Below are positions 12,650-26,700 of a stretch of 64,000 nucleotides of DNA, piece by piece (the stretch's first letter is position 1; each line of letters starts with the position of its first letter). The position numbers and the translations under genes were made by a program. The DNA is from Azolla caroliniana (Eukaryota; Plantae; Polypodiophyta), in assembly GCA_043228905.1 (NCBI GenBank), contig JBHGNT010000016.1:8432001-8496000 (forward strand). The letters run 5' to 3'. Under the pieces are notes generated by a model that was not told where the DNA came from, did no database searches, and worked only from the letters and a program-made list of their open reading frames with translations.

Positions 12650-14900
12650 GAGGGAAGCCAATGACGATCTGCATAAGTCTTCTGTGTGTTTAGCATGATG
12701 AAGATGAGTAGAGAGATCCATCTGGATCTTGCGTAGCCTCTCCAAATGATCCTTGGCATGAGGATTGGTAGGTACCTCCGGGGTGTCGATCACCGACTAG
12801 CGAGGATGAGAACCGGTATAAGCGTAAAATGGGGAGACCTGAATCGAGGAGTGAACACCATTATTATATGCAAACTCCGCAAAGTGGAGAATCTTGGCCC
12901 AATTGTCCTGTTGATAACTCAGAAAACACTGGAGATATTGTTCTAGTGTTTGGTTTGTTCGTTCCGCTTGCCCATCGATCTGGGAATGGTAGCCGGAGGA
13001 GAGGTTGCAAGAGACCTTGAGCATCTTGAAGAGATGCTGCCAAAATTTGGAGACGAATTGAGGTCCTCGGTCACTGATGATACTGTCTGGGAGGCCATGA
13101 TGCCGAAATACCTCACACATGACAAGGGCGGTGGTTTCCTCGCTAGTGATGGCCTTAGTACACGGCACAAAATGTGCCATCTTAGTATATCGATCGACGA
13201 CGGTTAAGATAGCATCGAATCCCTTCGAGACCAGCAGATCTGTGATAAAATCAAGACAAATAGACTGTCACGGCTTACTTGGAATCGGTAAAGGTTCCAA
13301 CAAGCCATATGGATGGTGTCGGGGCATCTTTGCTCGGCAGCAAGCATCACAAGTCTGAACGTAGTCGTCGACAAAACGTCGCATATGGGGCCACCAAAAA
13401 GATCGTTGAACGAGATCCAACATCTTAGTACTACCGAAATGTCCCACCATATGGGTGTCGTGACAATTTTGGACGATTTGAAGGCGACAGGAGCAATCGG
13501 GGACATATACAAGCTTTTTAAAGAATAACAAACCATCATGATATTCGAATTGTCGGTAGTCCATACCTGGTTGTTGAGATTGGGAACAGGATGCCCGAGA
13601 GGTATCAATGTGTGCCAGAATGTCTTGAGCAAAATTGTCTGTCTTCAAGTTCGCACGTATGGCATCGGTAATCTGGGAATCCATTGGGGTGTGAAAAATC
13701 CGCGTTGTGTGCAATCGTGTTGGTCCCAAGATTACTTGCTTTTGATTATCAAACGATGGATCACCAGGACGAGGTGCAAGATATGAACACCGTGATAGCG
13801 CATCTGCTTTTCCTTGCTGCTTCCCCAATCGATATGTGATTTTGAAGTCAAAACGCGTGAGGAATTGAGCCCACGAAGCTTGCTGTCAATTTAGCACCCA
13901 AGCGTTCTGGAAATAAACAAGATTTTTGTGATCACTAAAGACTATGACCTGATGTGGAGAGCCCTCTAAGAAATGCCGCCATTGCACAAAGGAATCCACG
14001 ATGGCTAATAACTCCTTGTCATGTATTTCGTAGTTGATTTCCGTGGCATCGAATTTGCGCGAATGAAAAGCCACAAGATTTCACTCTTCTTTATCTCCTT
14101 GTTGAGAAAGGATGCTACCGAGGGCGAAATCCGATGCGTCAGCCTCCATGATGAATGGTTTGTTTGTATCCACATGAGCTAGAATAGGAGCTGATGTAAA
14201 GGCTTTCTTAAGTTGCCAAAAAGCCATGTCCGCTTCATTGGACCAAAGAAATGCTTGTCCCTTCTTTGTAAGTTGTGTGAGAGGTAAAATAATCTTCGAG
14301 TAATCTTGTATAAACTTGTGGTAGAAGTTAGCAAAACCTAGAAAACATTGTACATCTCGTACCGACTGTGGAATTTGCCACTCGAGCACAGTTTGGACTT
14401 TAGCTGGATCCATGGAGATGCCCTTTGAGGAGATGACGTAGACTAGAAATTCCACTTGCTTGTAGTCAAAGCTACATTTTTCTAGCTTGGCATAAAGACC
14501 ATTCTCGCGGACCAATGTGGTTCAAAATAATGCCTAGTGCCTTCTTTTATAGTGTTCTCAGGAGTAATCCTGAAGCTTCTAGAATGTTCTAGAGAAATCT
14601 AGAATATACATTAATTTCCTATAATAAAACTTAAATGAAAATAATATCCTACGTATTACAATAGATGGTATAATGGTCAAGAACTTGACCCATATAACAT
14701 AAGGTCATGGGTTCGAGTCTTGCCATAATATGACACTTGTAAGGTGTTGGTCGTGCTGTAAGAGAACTGCGACTGTACAACACCTCTCCTATTTACACAC
14801 TTCAGGTTCCTTCGTTTTGTGTTGTTTTCTTGTTTCCTATTTTGCTTGTTTTCTATCCACTTAGTTGGGTGAAGAATTGTAAGGTTATTTTCTTGTTGGA

Positions 14901-15310
14901 TTATCCACCCAATCGGGTGAGGATCGTAGCCAAGGTTGTTTCCTTGAGGCTAACACATTTCTTGTGCTTATTGTTGTTGTATCCACCCAATCGGGTTAAG
15001 ATTGTAGCCAAGGTTGTTGCCTTGAGGCTAGCACATTTCTTGTGCTTATCATTTTTGTATCTACCCAATCGGGTGAAGATTGTAGCCAAGTTTGTTGCCT
15101 TGAGGCTAGTACATTCTCTGTAGTCAAAACCAAGAGAGTCCTTGAGGTTGTATTCGCTATTGTGTAGCCAAGGTTGTTTCCTTGAGGTTTATACGTTCCT
15201 CTAGTCAAAACCTAGAGAGGTCGTACTCAGTTTGTAATCTTTGTTATTCTATCCACCCAATTGGGTGAAGGTTGTAACCAAGGCCATTGCCTTGAGATAG
15301 ACACATTCCT
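14901..15310. repeat. 78-bp tandem repeats within the Copia LTR
   Basis: atccacccaatcgggt..gtagccaaggttgtt..ccttgaggcta units at 14903, 14981 and 15059, plus degenerate copies. Confidence 0.85.
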
Positions 15311-18263
15311 CTAGAGAATTTGTATTCCATTGCACTCAAAATTATAGCAAAGTTGTTTGGAACCTACGGTTCCCGTGGTTTTTCCCTACTTTGGGTTTTC
15401 CACGTTAAAAATTTTGGTGTACTCTCATTTTCTTCTTGTGGTTTCATCAAGTGTTAATTTTGTTTGAAGTTTAAATCATCCTGATTCATTCTCATAGTCC
15501 CAACATGTACTACTAGCTCTTCAGGAATTAGAGTATTAGTGCGGCATGGAGGAAGAAGGTGAAGGGCATGCATTCCTTGATACCATTAACCCAAATCATA
15601 GTCAGAGCATATACATTTATAGGTATCTATTGTATCTATGTATCTATACATACATATAATTAAATAGACAAACATATATACATATATGTTTACGTATATA
15701 CATTTATATGTGTGTGTATGTACATCTACACTCTAATCTGAAATGTATGTCTATGTATAAGTACTTACGTGTATACATGTATCAATAAATATAGATGTCA
15801 CTAACATGGATTAGTAGTGTTGATTTGTCACCATCTCAACAAGTGGTATCAGAGCCGAGGTTCAGACTCATATTGCCAACAAGTGTCCATACCCTTTGCA
15901 AAGACTTGGAATATGGATGAATCATTAGGCGTTATGATTAAACTGACGGGATCCAACTACCCCATTTGGAAGTCCAAAATGAGGGACATGTTGGGATGCA
16001 AGGACATGTGGTTGCCCGTATGACATGGTATGAGCAAACCCGAGAACATAGATGCATTAACTTGGGAAGAAATCCATCTCAAAACAACATCATACATTCG
16101 TTGTTTTAAAGACATGAGTCTATATAACAATTTCATTGATGAAACCAAATCACACGAATTATGGGGGGAAATTGAAACTATGTTTCAAACAAAAAATGCC
16201 TTCAATAGAGTCTTTGTGTTTAGGAAACTTGTAAGACTTAAATATCAAGATGATTCTAGTATGGCAGAGCATCTAAACACGTTTCAAGGACTTATAAGTC
16301 AAACAGTCTCATTAGAAATACTTCTAGCAAATGAGGTGTTGACTTTGTTATTGTTAGGCTCTCTCCCAAATAGTTGGGAAACTCTTTTTGTAACGCTTGG
16401 GACTGCAACACAATGAAAGGAGCTAACATTGGACATGCTTAAGTCGAGTCTTCTACATGAAGAAGCACGACGAAAGGAGCGTGAGAGCACGAAGCCTTGG
16501 TCATAGAAAACAACCCCAATAGAGGAAGAAGCCATACACAGGACGGGGTCCACAAGATCATAGAAATAATGTTGAGGGGAGGTCAAAATCTAGAAGTAGG
16601 AAAGACTTCAAGAAAGATTTCTCATGTCGTTATTGTGGTGGTCCAAATCACTACGAAAGAGACTGTAGGAAGAAGAAGAGGGACCAAAAGAATGGAACCA
16701 ATAACGACAAGAAAAATGACCCTATAACCGCCACATGTGATGGCGATGTTATTATTGTTTGTGATTATTCTTGTGATAGTTTGGCATGTCAACAAACTGA
16801 TTGGATCATTGACTCGGGAGCCTCGTATCACATCACCCCGTATCGGGAAATGTTTGAGTCATATACCGGTGGTGACTTTGGTAAAGTCAAAATGGCTAAC
16901 CACGATATGACAGAGGTTGTTGGCATAGGGATGTAGCCTTAGTCTCCGATACGGGTAGGAAACTCATATTGAGGGATGTAAGGCATGTACTAGATATTCT
17001 GTTGAATATCATCTCTACCAATAAGCTTGATGATGAGGGATATGAAAATTACTTTGGTGAAGGAAGATGGAAACTCACCAAAGATTCCTTAATCATAGCA
17101 AGTTGTCTAAAACAGAATTGCCTCTACCTAATGCGAGCTGAAATTTATGTGCGCGAATAATGGCGCGGAACATGGGGGAACAATTTGGGCAATATGGTTG
17201 TGCGCATGGTATTAGGCTTGAGAAGAGTGTTCAGAAAACACCTCAGCACAATGGTGTGGCTGAGAGGATTAGTAGGAAAATTTGTGAGTGGATAAGATAT
17301 ATACTATCACACTCAAAATTGTCTAAACCCTTTTGGAGTGAAACAATGAGGACTCTAGTTGACCTCATGAATCTGTCTCCATCAATCTTTTTTCTAGGAT
17401 GATGATGTACCCGAGAGGGTGTGGACTGATTAGGAGGTGCCATACAAACACTTGAGAGTGTTTGGTTGTAGGGCTCGTGTTCACGTCTAAAAGATGAAAG
17501 ATCCAAGCCTGATGTAAACCATGCATATTTTCTAGAATCCATCTATAGACTATATGACCTAGAGAAGAAGGTCATTAGAAACGGGGATGTGGTATTCCCT
17601 GAGATGCCAAATGAAATGCCAAATTTCACCCCTATTTTCAGTCATGAAGTGTCCAGCTCCTGCCCCTAGACACCCAAGGTCACGAGGGAGATGTGGAGGA
17701 GTATGATGATACGGTTGATCATGTAGTCGATAATGATGATGGGTAGGATCAGGATCATCAAAATGTAGGTGACTAGATAGATGACGTTTCAGCATCTCCA
17801 CCGAAGGTGGAAGAGATGAGGTCTATGAGATGCAGACGATCTTCACATGATTATGTGATGTTCTTAGACAGGGGAGAAAAAGAAAGCTTTGGAGAAGCTT
17901 GAGGTTTGCAAACAAAAAGGCAAACATGGTTGTGCCCCCCACTTGAGATGTAGGGGGAGATTGTTGGGCATATCAACTCAAGTGGAGCCCACAACACAGA
18001 GCCAAAGGGCTGAAATCGAATCGGATGCATGTCCGCAGTCAGCTGAGCATACAACTGATTGGGAGTCGGCTGGGCGCCGAATTAATTCAAGGCCAAAAAG
18101 GGCAAAAGTTATAAGTATGTATCATTATACTTATATATACATATATATGTGTGTGGCTATATACCCCTTTTCTTTTGTATGTTTATTGGTGTGTGTCTTT
18201 TGTGTGTGTGTGTGAACACAGGTACATAGACGTTGGACAACAAGGAGGAAAACATAAAAAGGA

Positions 18264-18666
18264 TGTTAATGTTAACATGCGGAAGCGTTAGACAAAACCG
18301 GCTCAGCCGAATACCAACAAAGAATAAGAAAGGTTTAATGGAGAAGCTTAATACACAGAGAGAATACACGGGAGAGAGAGAGAGAGAGAGAGAGAGAATA
18401 AAAACACTCTGTACATACAATGTGCTATAATGGCACTATTTATATAAAGTCCATAAAGGATTGACAGAAGTACTGACAGGTACTTCAATGCTCATACGAG
18501 CGACTGACACTAACTATGAGACAATATTACCTAGTAGTCTAGGCTACTACTAGGCCTCCAGTTCCCGCTCAAATCCAGCTCTCCGATCCGACCGATTGTT
18601 TCCGGATACCGATCCGGCTCAGGCTTGTTCAGCCGATCCGAATCTGGTTGAGCTTGCCGCTCAACA
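18264..18666. mobile_element. Solo LTR inserted in the Copia 3' LTR, 5-bp TSD AAGGA
   Basis: TGTT...AACA ends, aagga at 18259-18263 and 18667-18671, and the empty site is seen in the 5' LTR (~9432). Confidence 0.85.
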
Positions 18667-18869
18667 AAGGAGAAGGGGGAAACAGAGCGCAATCAGATTT
18701 TTCTGCGTACACCGAAGAAAATAGAGAAGAAAACAGAAAACGAAAGAGGAAGAACAAGACGAGGAGCGTTCTACCGAAGTGGAGACAGAGACTTGTGAGG
18801 TGTTGGTCGTGCTGTTAGAGAACCACAATTGTACAACACCTCTCCTACCTACACACTTCAGGCTTTAGT

Positions 18870-21800
18870 TGATCCGGCTTCTCTGAATCTTGAACCGAAT
18901 GGGCTTCCTCCGATTCGTTCCAGCTCTTGTCCGAGTTGGTAGTCCAATAGAAATTCCTAATGAATGAATCACCCGTTGATGTATTGTACTCTTCCATCAG
19001 CCAAGTGCACCCTATAGGTGTGATAAATTACGGTGGGTTGGATTCCCCATATCTGAACCAAACGATCATTCACAAAATGGTATGAGCTTTCCCGAATCAA
19101 ATAAAAATTGTACGACAGATCCATTGACATACCCGTTTGCACGTAGTAAATCATTGGGTCCCAATACATAGTGAGGGAAAGAACATTGACAATTACTAAA
19201 ATGATGTGTATAGACCTCAAGGACATTAGGAATATGACCTTTATGGTCTGCAACTTTTGCTTTGTTGTCGTGCTCTTTCCGTTGGAGCTTTCAACATTGT
19301 TCTTTTGTATGACCCTTCTGTTTGCAGAATATGCAAAAAGGATGTTCTCGCTTACAATCGCAATCCTTGAATTCGTTGGGTGTCTTGCGTTTCCCAGCAA
19401 ATTGCGACTGCTTAGTCTCGGGTGCTTTGTTGGGTTTGTTATGGTCCTTCTTCGAAGTGCGTTGATAGCGAAGAACTATTTCAACGGCCTCTTCGAAGGA
19501 TTTTGGATCCTTATCGTGCACTATCCAGTGATAGTCCGAATTGGGGATGCCATTGACAAAACAAGCTATTAACCAATTGTCCCCTTCTAGACCCGATTTT
19601 TGGATTTGGGTTCTAGCATGGTGGACATAGTCTTCTAGCGAGGAAAACTTCCTACTAGAGAGGTTCATTAAGGCTTGTGTTACCTCGGTTCGAGAGGGAG
19701 GTTGCAGAATTGGCCCTTAAAAACTATGACAAAATCTGTCCAAGTATTGGGCAATTTCCCCAAAGTTCGGAGCCCACGCCACCAAGCGGTGGCCTTACCC
19801 CCTAATTCTCGGCTGACATATGCAATCTTCATACTATCTGGTGTGGGATAGAGCTCAAAATGAGACTCCCATCGGCCCAGCCACATGTAGACTACTTCTT
19901 CGGTTCTTTCATTTTTTGCTCCTGTAAATTGCTTTACAACAAATGATGGTTCACCCTAACGCTCATCGGGTTTATTAGTGTCACGTTGTAAACTAATGAC
20001 ATGTGCCTCAAGAGCACTTTGAGATTGCCGAAGTTCGAACATCTGATGAACGGTTGAACTAAGGAAATTTTGTATTTGTAAGAAATACAACTCAATGGAG
20101 ATTGCTTTAGGAGGATTTCCTTGAGTTCCTTCCACTTGAGCGGATGACATCGGGTTGTTATTCTAAGCCATTGAATGATTATTTCTAGCAAAGAAATAGG
20201 ATAAAGTCTGGCAAATAGTCATAACATCAAGTCGTGATGCAAACATATCATGGGCCAACATTAATCGATATCATGATCTCACGTCAATACCCCTCTAGAC
20301 GTATGAGATGAGGTTCAATATCAAGTTACTATGGTAACACAAAGGTGTTTTAAAAACCATGGAGGTGACAAATGAATGTCTTTCCCTGATCTCTATATCG
20401 ATTTTTTTCATGGCGGCTCCCCGAGGCTCAACCATGTATGTTTGCGTCATGAATAGTTTATACACGAAAAAAATGTTAACAACAAACTATGTTTCTGTGC
20501 CCACATATGTGGTTTCGGCTCTTTAAGTCCTATTACGAGGACCCCAAAGTGCACTTAAACCTAAAGTCTAAACCTGTATTATAGTCATATGTATCAACAA
20601 TGTTGTATGGTCTTGGTCATATTTGAACTCGACACCTCAAGAACAAATGCATTAAACACTTGAGCTAACCAAATAGGTTACTCGTGTTGAATGTTTAATG
20701 TTTTATGTGTATTAGAGATATGCGAGGCATTTGCTCATATATGTTTTTTTAAAAGAAACATATATGTCAAGAGTCCTTATTTCCCCCTCATTTACGACAA
20801 ACTATGTTGGTACGTTACCTAACCTCAAGTCTCATAATTACGATGGCATACGCCAAAGTGCAACCTAATGGTCAAGCCAAATGAGCCCTCTTTTCGTAGT
20901 AGGCCCACGTGGCCCATCACCTGGTTACATAATTACGAATGCCTTTCGTAAGAATGATCTCATGGTGGCATCGTATCCATGTAATGAGGGAGGGATGTTG
21001 GATATGTGTGTCCTAGGAGCGACCTCACATGAAGTGGGTCAAGCCCTACGTTCTCACCATCATTGTAGCTATGATCGTTTCGTTATGTAACGAAATCAAA
21101 GTGAACAACAGGGATGTCAACAAAAAAGATTGTTGAAAAAAGGATGATGACTACGCCATTCTCACAAAAATGTGAGGATGGACACCAAGATCCTTTCCCC
21201 GAAAAGGACAACATTCGATATAGAAATTATGTTATAACTAACATACGCATATGTATATTTATCACACATATACGATCAAATACGTATACACATGACCACA
21301 TATGCATATATTAAGAAAAATCGCAATATCAAATAACCAAAATATGATGAAATCGAGACACGTAATCGAGGCATATAGCCTCTACGCACACGAAACATCC
21401 AACAATAAGGGTTAATCATAATACGCAATTGAGGTATTGACCTCTTACGCATATGACACCACGCATATCATTTACAAAAAATCGAGGTATTGACCTCATA
21501 CGTATACGTAACATATGTATGTGAATGTAATTGAGGTATTAACCTCGTACACATACGACACTAATCACATATTAAATATATGTCAAATGAGGTATTGACC
21601 TCATACACATATGTAAACGTTTTATACAACCAATTAATTACCACTACAACATCATTGAATCAATGAAAAAAAAATTCTTATTGACCATATACATGATTAG
21701 ATGGGAGAAGAAAAAATACAAAAAAAAACAAGAAAGAGTTACCGAAGTTCCTTTGGTGATCGCTATCTGGATCAAGGTCGACCACACGTCGATCGATCAC

Positions 21801-22315
21801 CATCCATCAAGAAGACAAAAACAAACAAAGGAAACATTAGAAACATAAGCTCAGATACCAAATATTAGAGTTATGATCTAATGTAAGCATATGATAAGGA
21901 TAAAAGATAGATAGAGAGAAAGGAGAGAGAGAAAGAAGGGTGTCGATCCACCTGACCACTCCCGAGCGAAGGGATCGAGACGGACTTAGAGCCTCGATCG
22001 GCGTCCCATACCACCGTCGTGGCGTTGAGTCGTACTTGGTGCTAGTGCACTCGCTACAAGAGTTGACCCACCAAGAAATAGAGTCTCGACGTAGTCAAGA
22101 TATGATCAAATGAGGGTAGCTAGGCCTCATATTTATAGCGATACCCCAGGCCCCCAGGCAAGTTCACACTTGGCCTAATGGGTTGTCTCAATCCTGAGGA
22201 TTAAAAGTAATCATCCCCTTCTTTACACTCTCGTTTAACCCTCACACTTATCCACGTGTATAGAAGACTACGGTAAATTCTCACCGCGAGATATTATATG
22301 GTCATGCCCGTAACA
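18870..22315 (-). mobile_element. Truncated LTR retrotransposon 5' half: LTR (~21863-22315), Met PBS, long leader, gag with CCHC knuckle, protease remnant
   Basis: PBS tggtatctgagc (reverse) at 21849-21860. Gag WLGRWESHF..GKATAWWRGL and CIFCKQKGHTKEQC are present. The leader has short gaggtattgacctc hairpin repeats at 21367-21602. Confidence 0.75.
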
Positions 22316-23794
22316 ATTTGATTATAGAGAATCGATACAGATGCAATAATGACATTTATCATAAGTTAGGTGGAGCTTGGTTGTTGGTGAAGGTATTGGT
22401 TACACATCACATTGCCTGATATATTTTATGGTGGCAATGAGTGTTGGACACAAGATGACAATCTCATCTTCAATTATGACGATGGAGTGTTCCTTTGTTG
22501 TGCAATGGTAGGCTTGTTACTCTTGGCAACAACACAACTTTTAAACATCAATACACGTTAGACGGAATATGTTTTTTATGTACAATGATTAGGAGGATGC
22601 AACATCCGTAGATTCATTACATGGACAGTAGTTAAAGCCATTCATAAGGTCATGTTGCAAGTGTAGTTATCTTATCACTAATTTAGAGGGTTTTCTCATG
22701 TGGAGCTAGAATTGCTACCCTCTTCCATCATGTCAAGCAAAGTTTTGATTGCTTTAGATATCGAGGTGTATGACATAATCAAAGTATACAAGAAAGAGGT
22801 TGTCGTGTGAGGGCCTTCACAGAGTATCATGACAATGCACACTGACACATATAAAAGGAAAACCAAATTGGTATTTTTTGCAACTGCCCAAAGAGGTGTC
22901 GCCACAATGTTGGCCAATGTTATATACTACACGTAATAAAGGGTCGGGGTGGGATGACCTTGCCATAAGATCCTCTCATTGGTGGTGTTGACAACATGGG
23001 TGTTGATATTGTAAACATACACACACACACGCACACTACTTGTGAGTTGCGAGGGAGTTAAGAGAGTGTGATATATGTATATGATCGATGATGATGAAAT
23101 GGGCTCCAAGGTGTGAATGTAACCAAAAAGGCCTTGCCATCCACTCACTTGGCCATCGCTTGAAAACTTTGGGTGGGAACTCGCAACTAAAGTGAGTGTG
23201 ATATATGTATATGATCTCTTTCTCACATATTTCTTGGCTGAAGGTCCCTATCCAACAATGACTATTTTTTCTAATGGACAAGATTTTCTGCAATCTAGTC
23301 CATATAGGCGGCCTGCAATAGTAAGGTCTTTGATCAAAACCTACTGCATAAAGTTAGCTTCTTTAACCAATTCCTCAAGCAATCTCTGTTTGATTGTCTG
23401 CAACTTAGAGACATCACACTGCAAATTTATACTATTTACTTTGAGTGCTTCTAAGCATTTTAGTGTCAAATCGACGCTTGTAGAGTTCTCTTTATTCTTT
23501 GTGGGTTTTCACCTCACTTTGAAGATTCCCACTAGTAATAAAAGTGTTGTTAAAAAAATGATCGATGATGATGAAATGGGCGTCAAGGTGTGAACGCGCC
23601 CAAAAAAGGCCCTGCCGTTCACTCACCTGCGCCATCGCATGAAAACTTTGGGCGGGAAAACTCATCCCATCGCAGTGATCGCCATCGCACTTGAAGACGG
23701 TCTCACACACACACACACACACACACACAGACCGCGACCTAGACACAGACAGTGACAGTGGAAGAGACGGAGTCATAGTCATTGTTGGAGAGAT

Positions 23795-26700
23795 ATGTAC
23801 GCTTATCAGAGCCACTCTGAAGGTGGATCTCTCCACGCTGGTGGAGGTTTCATGCCATCTCAATCTGGAAATGGCTTTGGTGATATCAAGGTTAGCTACG
23901 AATCTCTCCTCCAACCCTTTCCTTTCCCTTTTTCTTCTTCTTCTCTCTTTTCCTTTAGGTATATCTGTTCTAGAATTCGCCACGCGTGAAGTAATAAACT
24001 TGAAAAGATTGAATCAATTCGTCATGGATCTCTGTCTTGAAAAATAATTCAATATGATAACGTTTTTTCTTTAATTGTGTATGTGCACAATCTATTCATG
24101 ATTTGGTATATATGTGTGGCTTTTCTCGCATGCGTGTAAGCTATCAATCTCTCCTTCGTTCTTTTCATATACTTATTTTAGAATCTTTATTGTTTGCAAA
24201 AACATATTGATGGATTGCATTTGTTTTTCAATAGATTTATGACTTGAAAACTCAATATGATAAAAATTTTGTTGTAATTTATGTGTCCACAGGAAGCTTT
24301 ATCTCTCACGTGCAATATTTAAGAAGAACTTTCTTTCTGAATTGAGCTGAGTTTCCTTTTTCATGCAAGAAGTTAATAGACATGAATTTAGTAGAAAATG
24401 GACAACTTTTTGTGGCCAACTTACCTTTCCATGCATGGAATAAAGAGATATACCACACTTATATTAATTTTGTAAGAAACCTATGCATTTCTTGGCTACG
24501 GTCCCCTTTCAAGCATGCAAAAAGATATGATGAGAAATCTCACAAATTTATATGATTTTAATAGAAAATGTGAAAATTTCCATTATTTTGCAAAATAGGG
24601 ATTTGTTTCCTTATTTTAAATGTATCCATTGCATGTTCAAAAATTTGATAGCGTTTCAATGAATTAGAGCTCAATTTTATCTCATTTGGTTGAGAAATAA
24701 GTGAGCAAAGCCTGTCACAGTGAACAACAATCAAGGTGAACATGCAGTTACAAAAATTTGTAGTGGCACGTCAGATGAAGAAATGAATGGGTTTTCATAT
24801 GAAATGAAGAATTCTTATTGGAGTGACATGTCAAATGTAGAAATGAAAATTTCATATCAAATTGGAAAAAGGAAGCTGAGATGGTGCCCTAGTTCCACTT
24901 GAAAAGCGAAGCTGCCTGAAACATGCCATATAGCTGAATTCAACTTTGAAGGGGATGTCAAGTGAAGAAACATAATGCTTAAAATTACGTCCTAAACTTT
25001 GCTTTGAAGGGTGAAGCACTGTGGAATATGCTGGATATCCAAATGGAACTTCAGTTGGCATGTCAAATGAAGAAACATAGTTCTCAGTATTAAGTATCTT
25101 GAGAACAATTATTGGATATGGTCACTTGTAAGGATCGTAACATCTATTCACTAACTCAACCTGACTAAAACTGACTAAAGAGTGATTAGAGAGGAATTAG
25201 AGGATGGAAACCAAAGAAAAACTTTTCACCGATCAATTGCCAGTGAGGTCCTTGGCTGGTGAGAGATCCTCATGTTTCCTAACATGAGAAATATAGATAC
25301 ACACTGACCTTGGGAAGTGGTACTCGTGCTACAACAGAATAGAGAGCTCTCAGATTCTAATTTTGTAAGAAGTGCAATAAGGTAGCTAGCTCTATGATTA
25401 CCAGTTAACATAGGGCTACATCTAGTGCCTGTAACGTAGCTATCCATATAGTAGCCGACTGGATGATCATCATGAACTATTGGATCTATATCTGGTTACA
25501 TGAAGGTGCGCTTATGTGTATATGCTTGTAACATCTCTAGACTTCTTCTTGATATCCAAAATCCAAATCCATATAGACGTTTGGACTCTTGACTTATTTG
25601 TATCTGATTTAGATTTATGTTGGATGTTTAATTTAAAGACTTGAAAGTAAGGACGTCATACTGAGATTAATGTTCGATAGTGGTGGTATTTATTTTCCAG
25701 AATGTTATCTCACAAAATCCTGGACTTCTACCATTGACAGTAAAACAAATCAGTGAGGCTGCTCAACAGTCATCTCATGACACCTTCTTTGTAGATGGTG
25801 TAGATGTTAGCAATGTACTAAACTGAAACCTACTGTTGACACTTAAGTATTTTCAACTCTCTCGGACTGGTCCTTAATAGTTCTCTTTGGGGTAGGTTAC
25901 ACTGGCTGGAATGGTATCCAATAAGGAGGAAAGGTCAACCGATTTGTCCTTTTTTCTTGATCACTTTACTGGGAGGGTGGAAGTAAAACTCTGTTACTTC
26001 AATCATTTTCTTTGATTCATAGGCTAGAAAAAAAAAATCTATTAAATATAAGTGAATGTCTCTTAGGATTGATGGATCGGACACACAAGAAACCATGGAA
26101 ATGAATTCAATTCAGTAAGTACGTCAGGCCTTAAACTAGTACATACCACCCGTGGTATTTCCTGGGTGAGTTATGCTTGTCTTACATACATGGCCATTAT
26201 GAAGGAATGGTGACTCCCCCCAACTTCTTTTTGCTCAGTACGTGAATTGGACTAGACAAAAAAATCACTGACCAGTAATTACCAACTAGATATTTCCATC
26301 ATTCGAGAGATGATCCCAGCTCCGAATAGGCTCCGTACAAAAAAACCCTAACAATCCTATTACAAGTGTACCGGCTACAGGTCTATTCATGGTCATTTGC
26401 GATCTTTCCAGGGAAAAAGGATTATTGTTGCTTTTTCAATCAGGTTGCTACAAGCACATATTCCTTTTTCTAGACTCTACACTATGATGTTACTTGGTGT
26501 GAAACAGAAAGCTAAAATTGTTCATCTTGTGTTGCAGACCTGTTACAGACTTCAATGAAAGAACCTGTCATATTTTGGAGTGTATACATTTGCATTTACA
26601 TAACCTAAAATCTACAGTATGCTTCTGTGATTGTTTACCGTAATTACTTGACATTTTCATACTTTTCCTTACTGCATACTTCTGTTCTTCCAGCGCACTG

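Larger units (their letters stand above)
9590..14735 (-). mobile_element. Internally deleted chromovirus inserted in the Copia 5' LTR, 5-bp TSD CTTGT
   Basis: cttgt at 9585-9589 and 14736-14740 flank TG...CA ends, and the uninterrupted site is visible in the Copia 3' LTR (~18790). RT-RH-INT-chromodomain ORF pieces lie at 11283-14515, with LTRs at 9590-11290 and 14511-14735 (partial). Confidence 0.9.
9128..18862 (+). mobile_element. Decayed Copia element with nested insertions: 5' LTR 9128-15841 (interrupted), Met PBS, gag-pol remnant, PPT, truncated 3' LTR from 17962
   Basis: Both LTRs start tgttgg(c/g)catatc..ctcaagtgga. PBS tggtatcagagcc at 15844-15856. Gag (KLTGSNYPIWKSKM), protease (WIIDSGASYH) and integrase (PQHNGVAER) motifs are present. 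PPT agggggagat at 17952-17961. RT/RH are deleted. Confidence 0.85.

Noticed and set aside
14901-15310. 78-bp repeats as a coding repeat or CRISPR
   Set aside because: They are ordinary tandem repeats inside a Copia LTR, and the ORFs arise only because the period is divisible by three.
23083-23660. ~100-bp imperfect direct repeat upstream of RPA2 (atcgatgatgatgaaatggg...)
   Set aside because: No TG..CA ends, TSD or TIR could be identified, so it is probably a local duplication.
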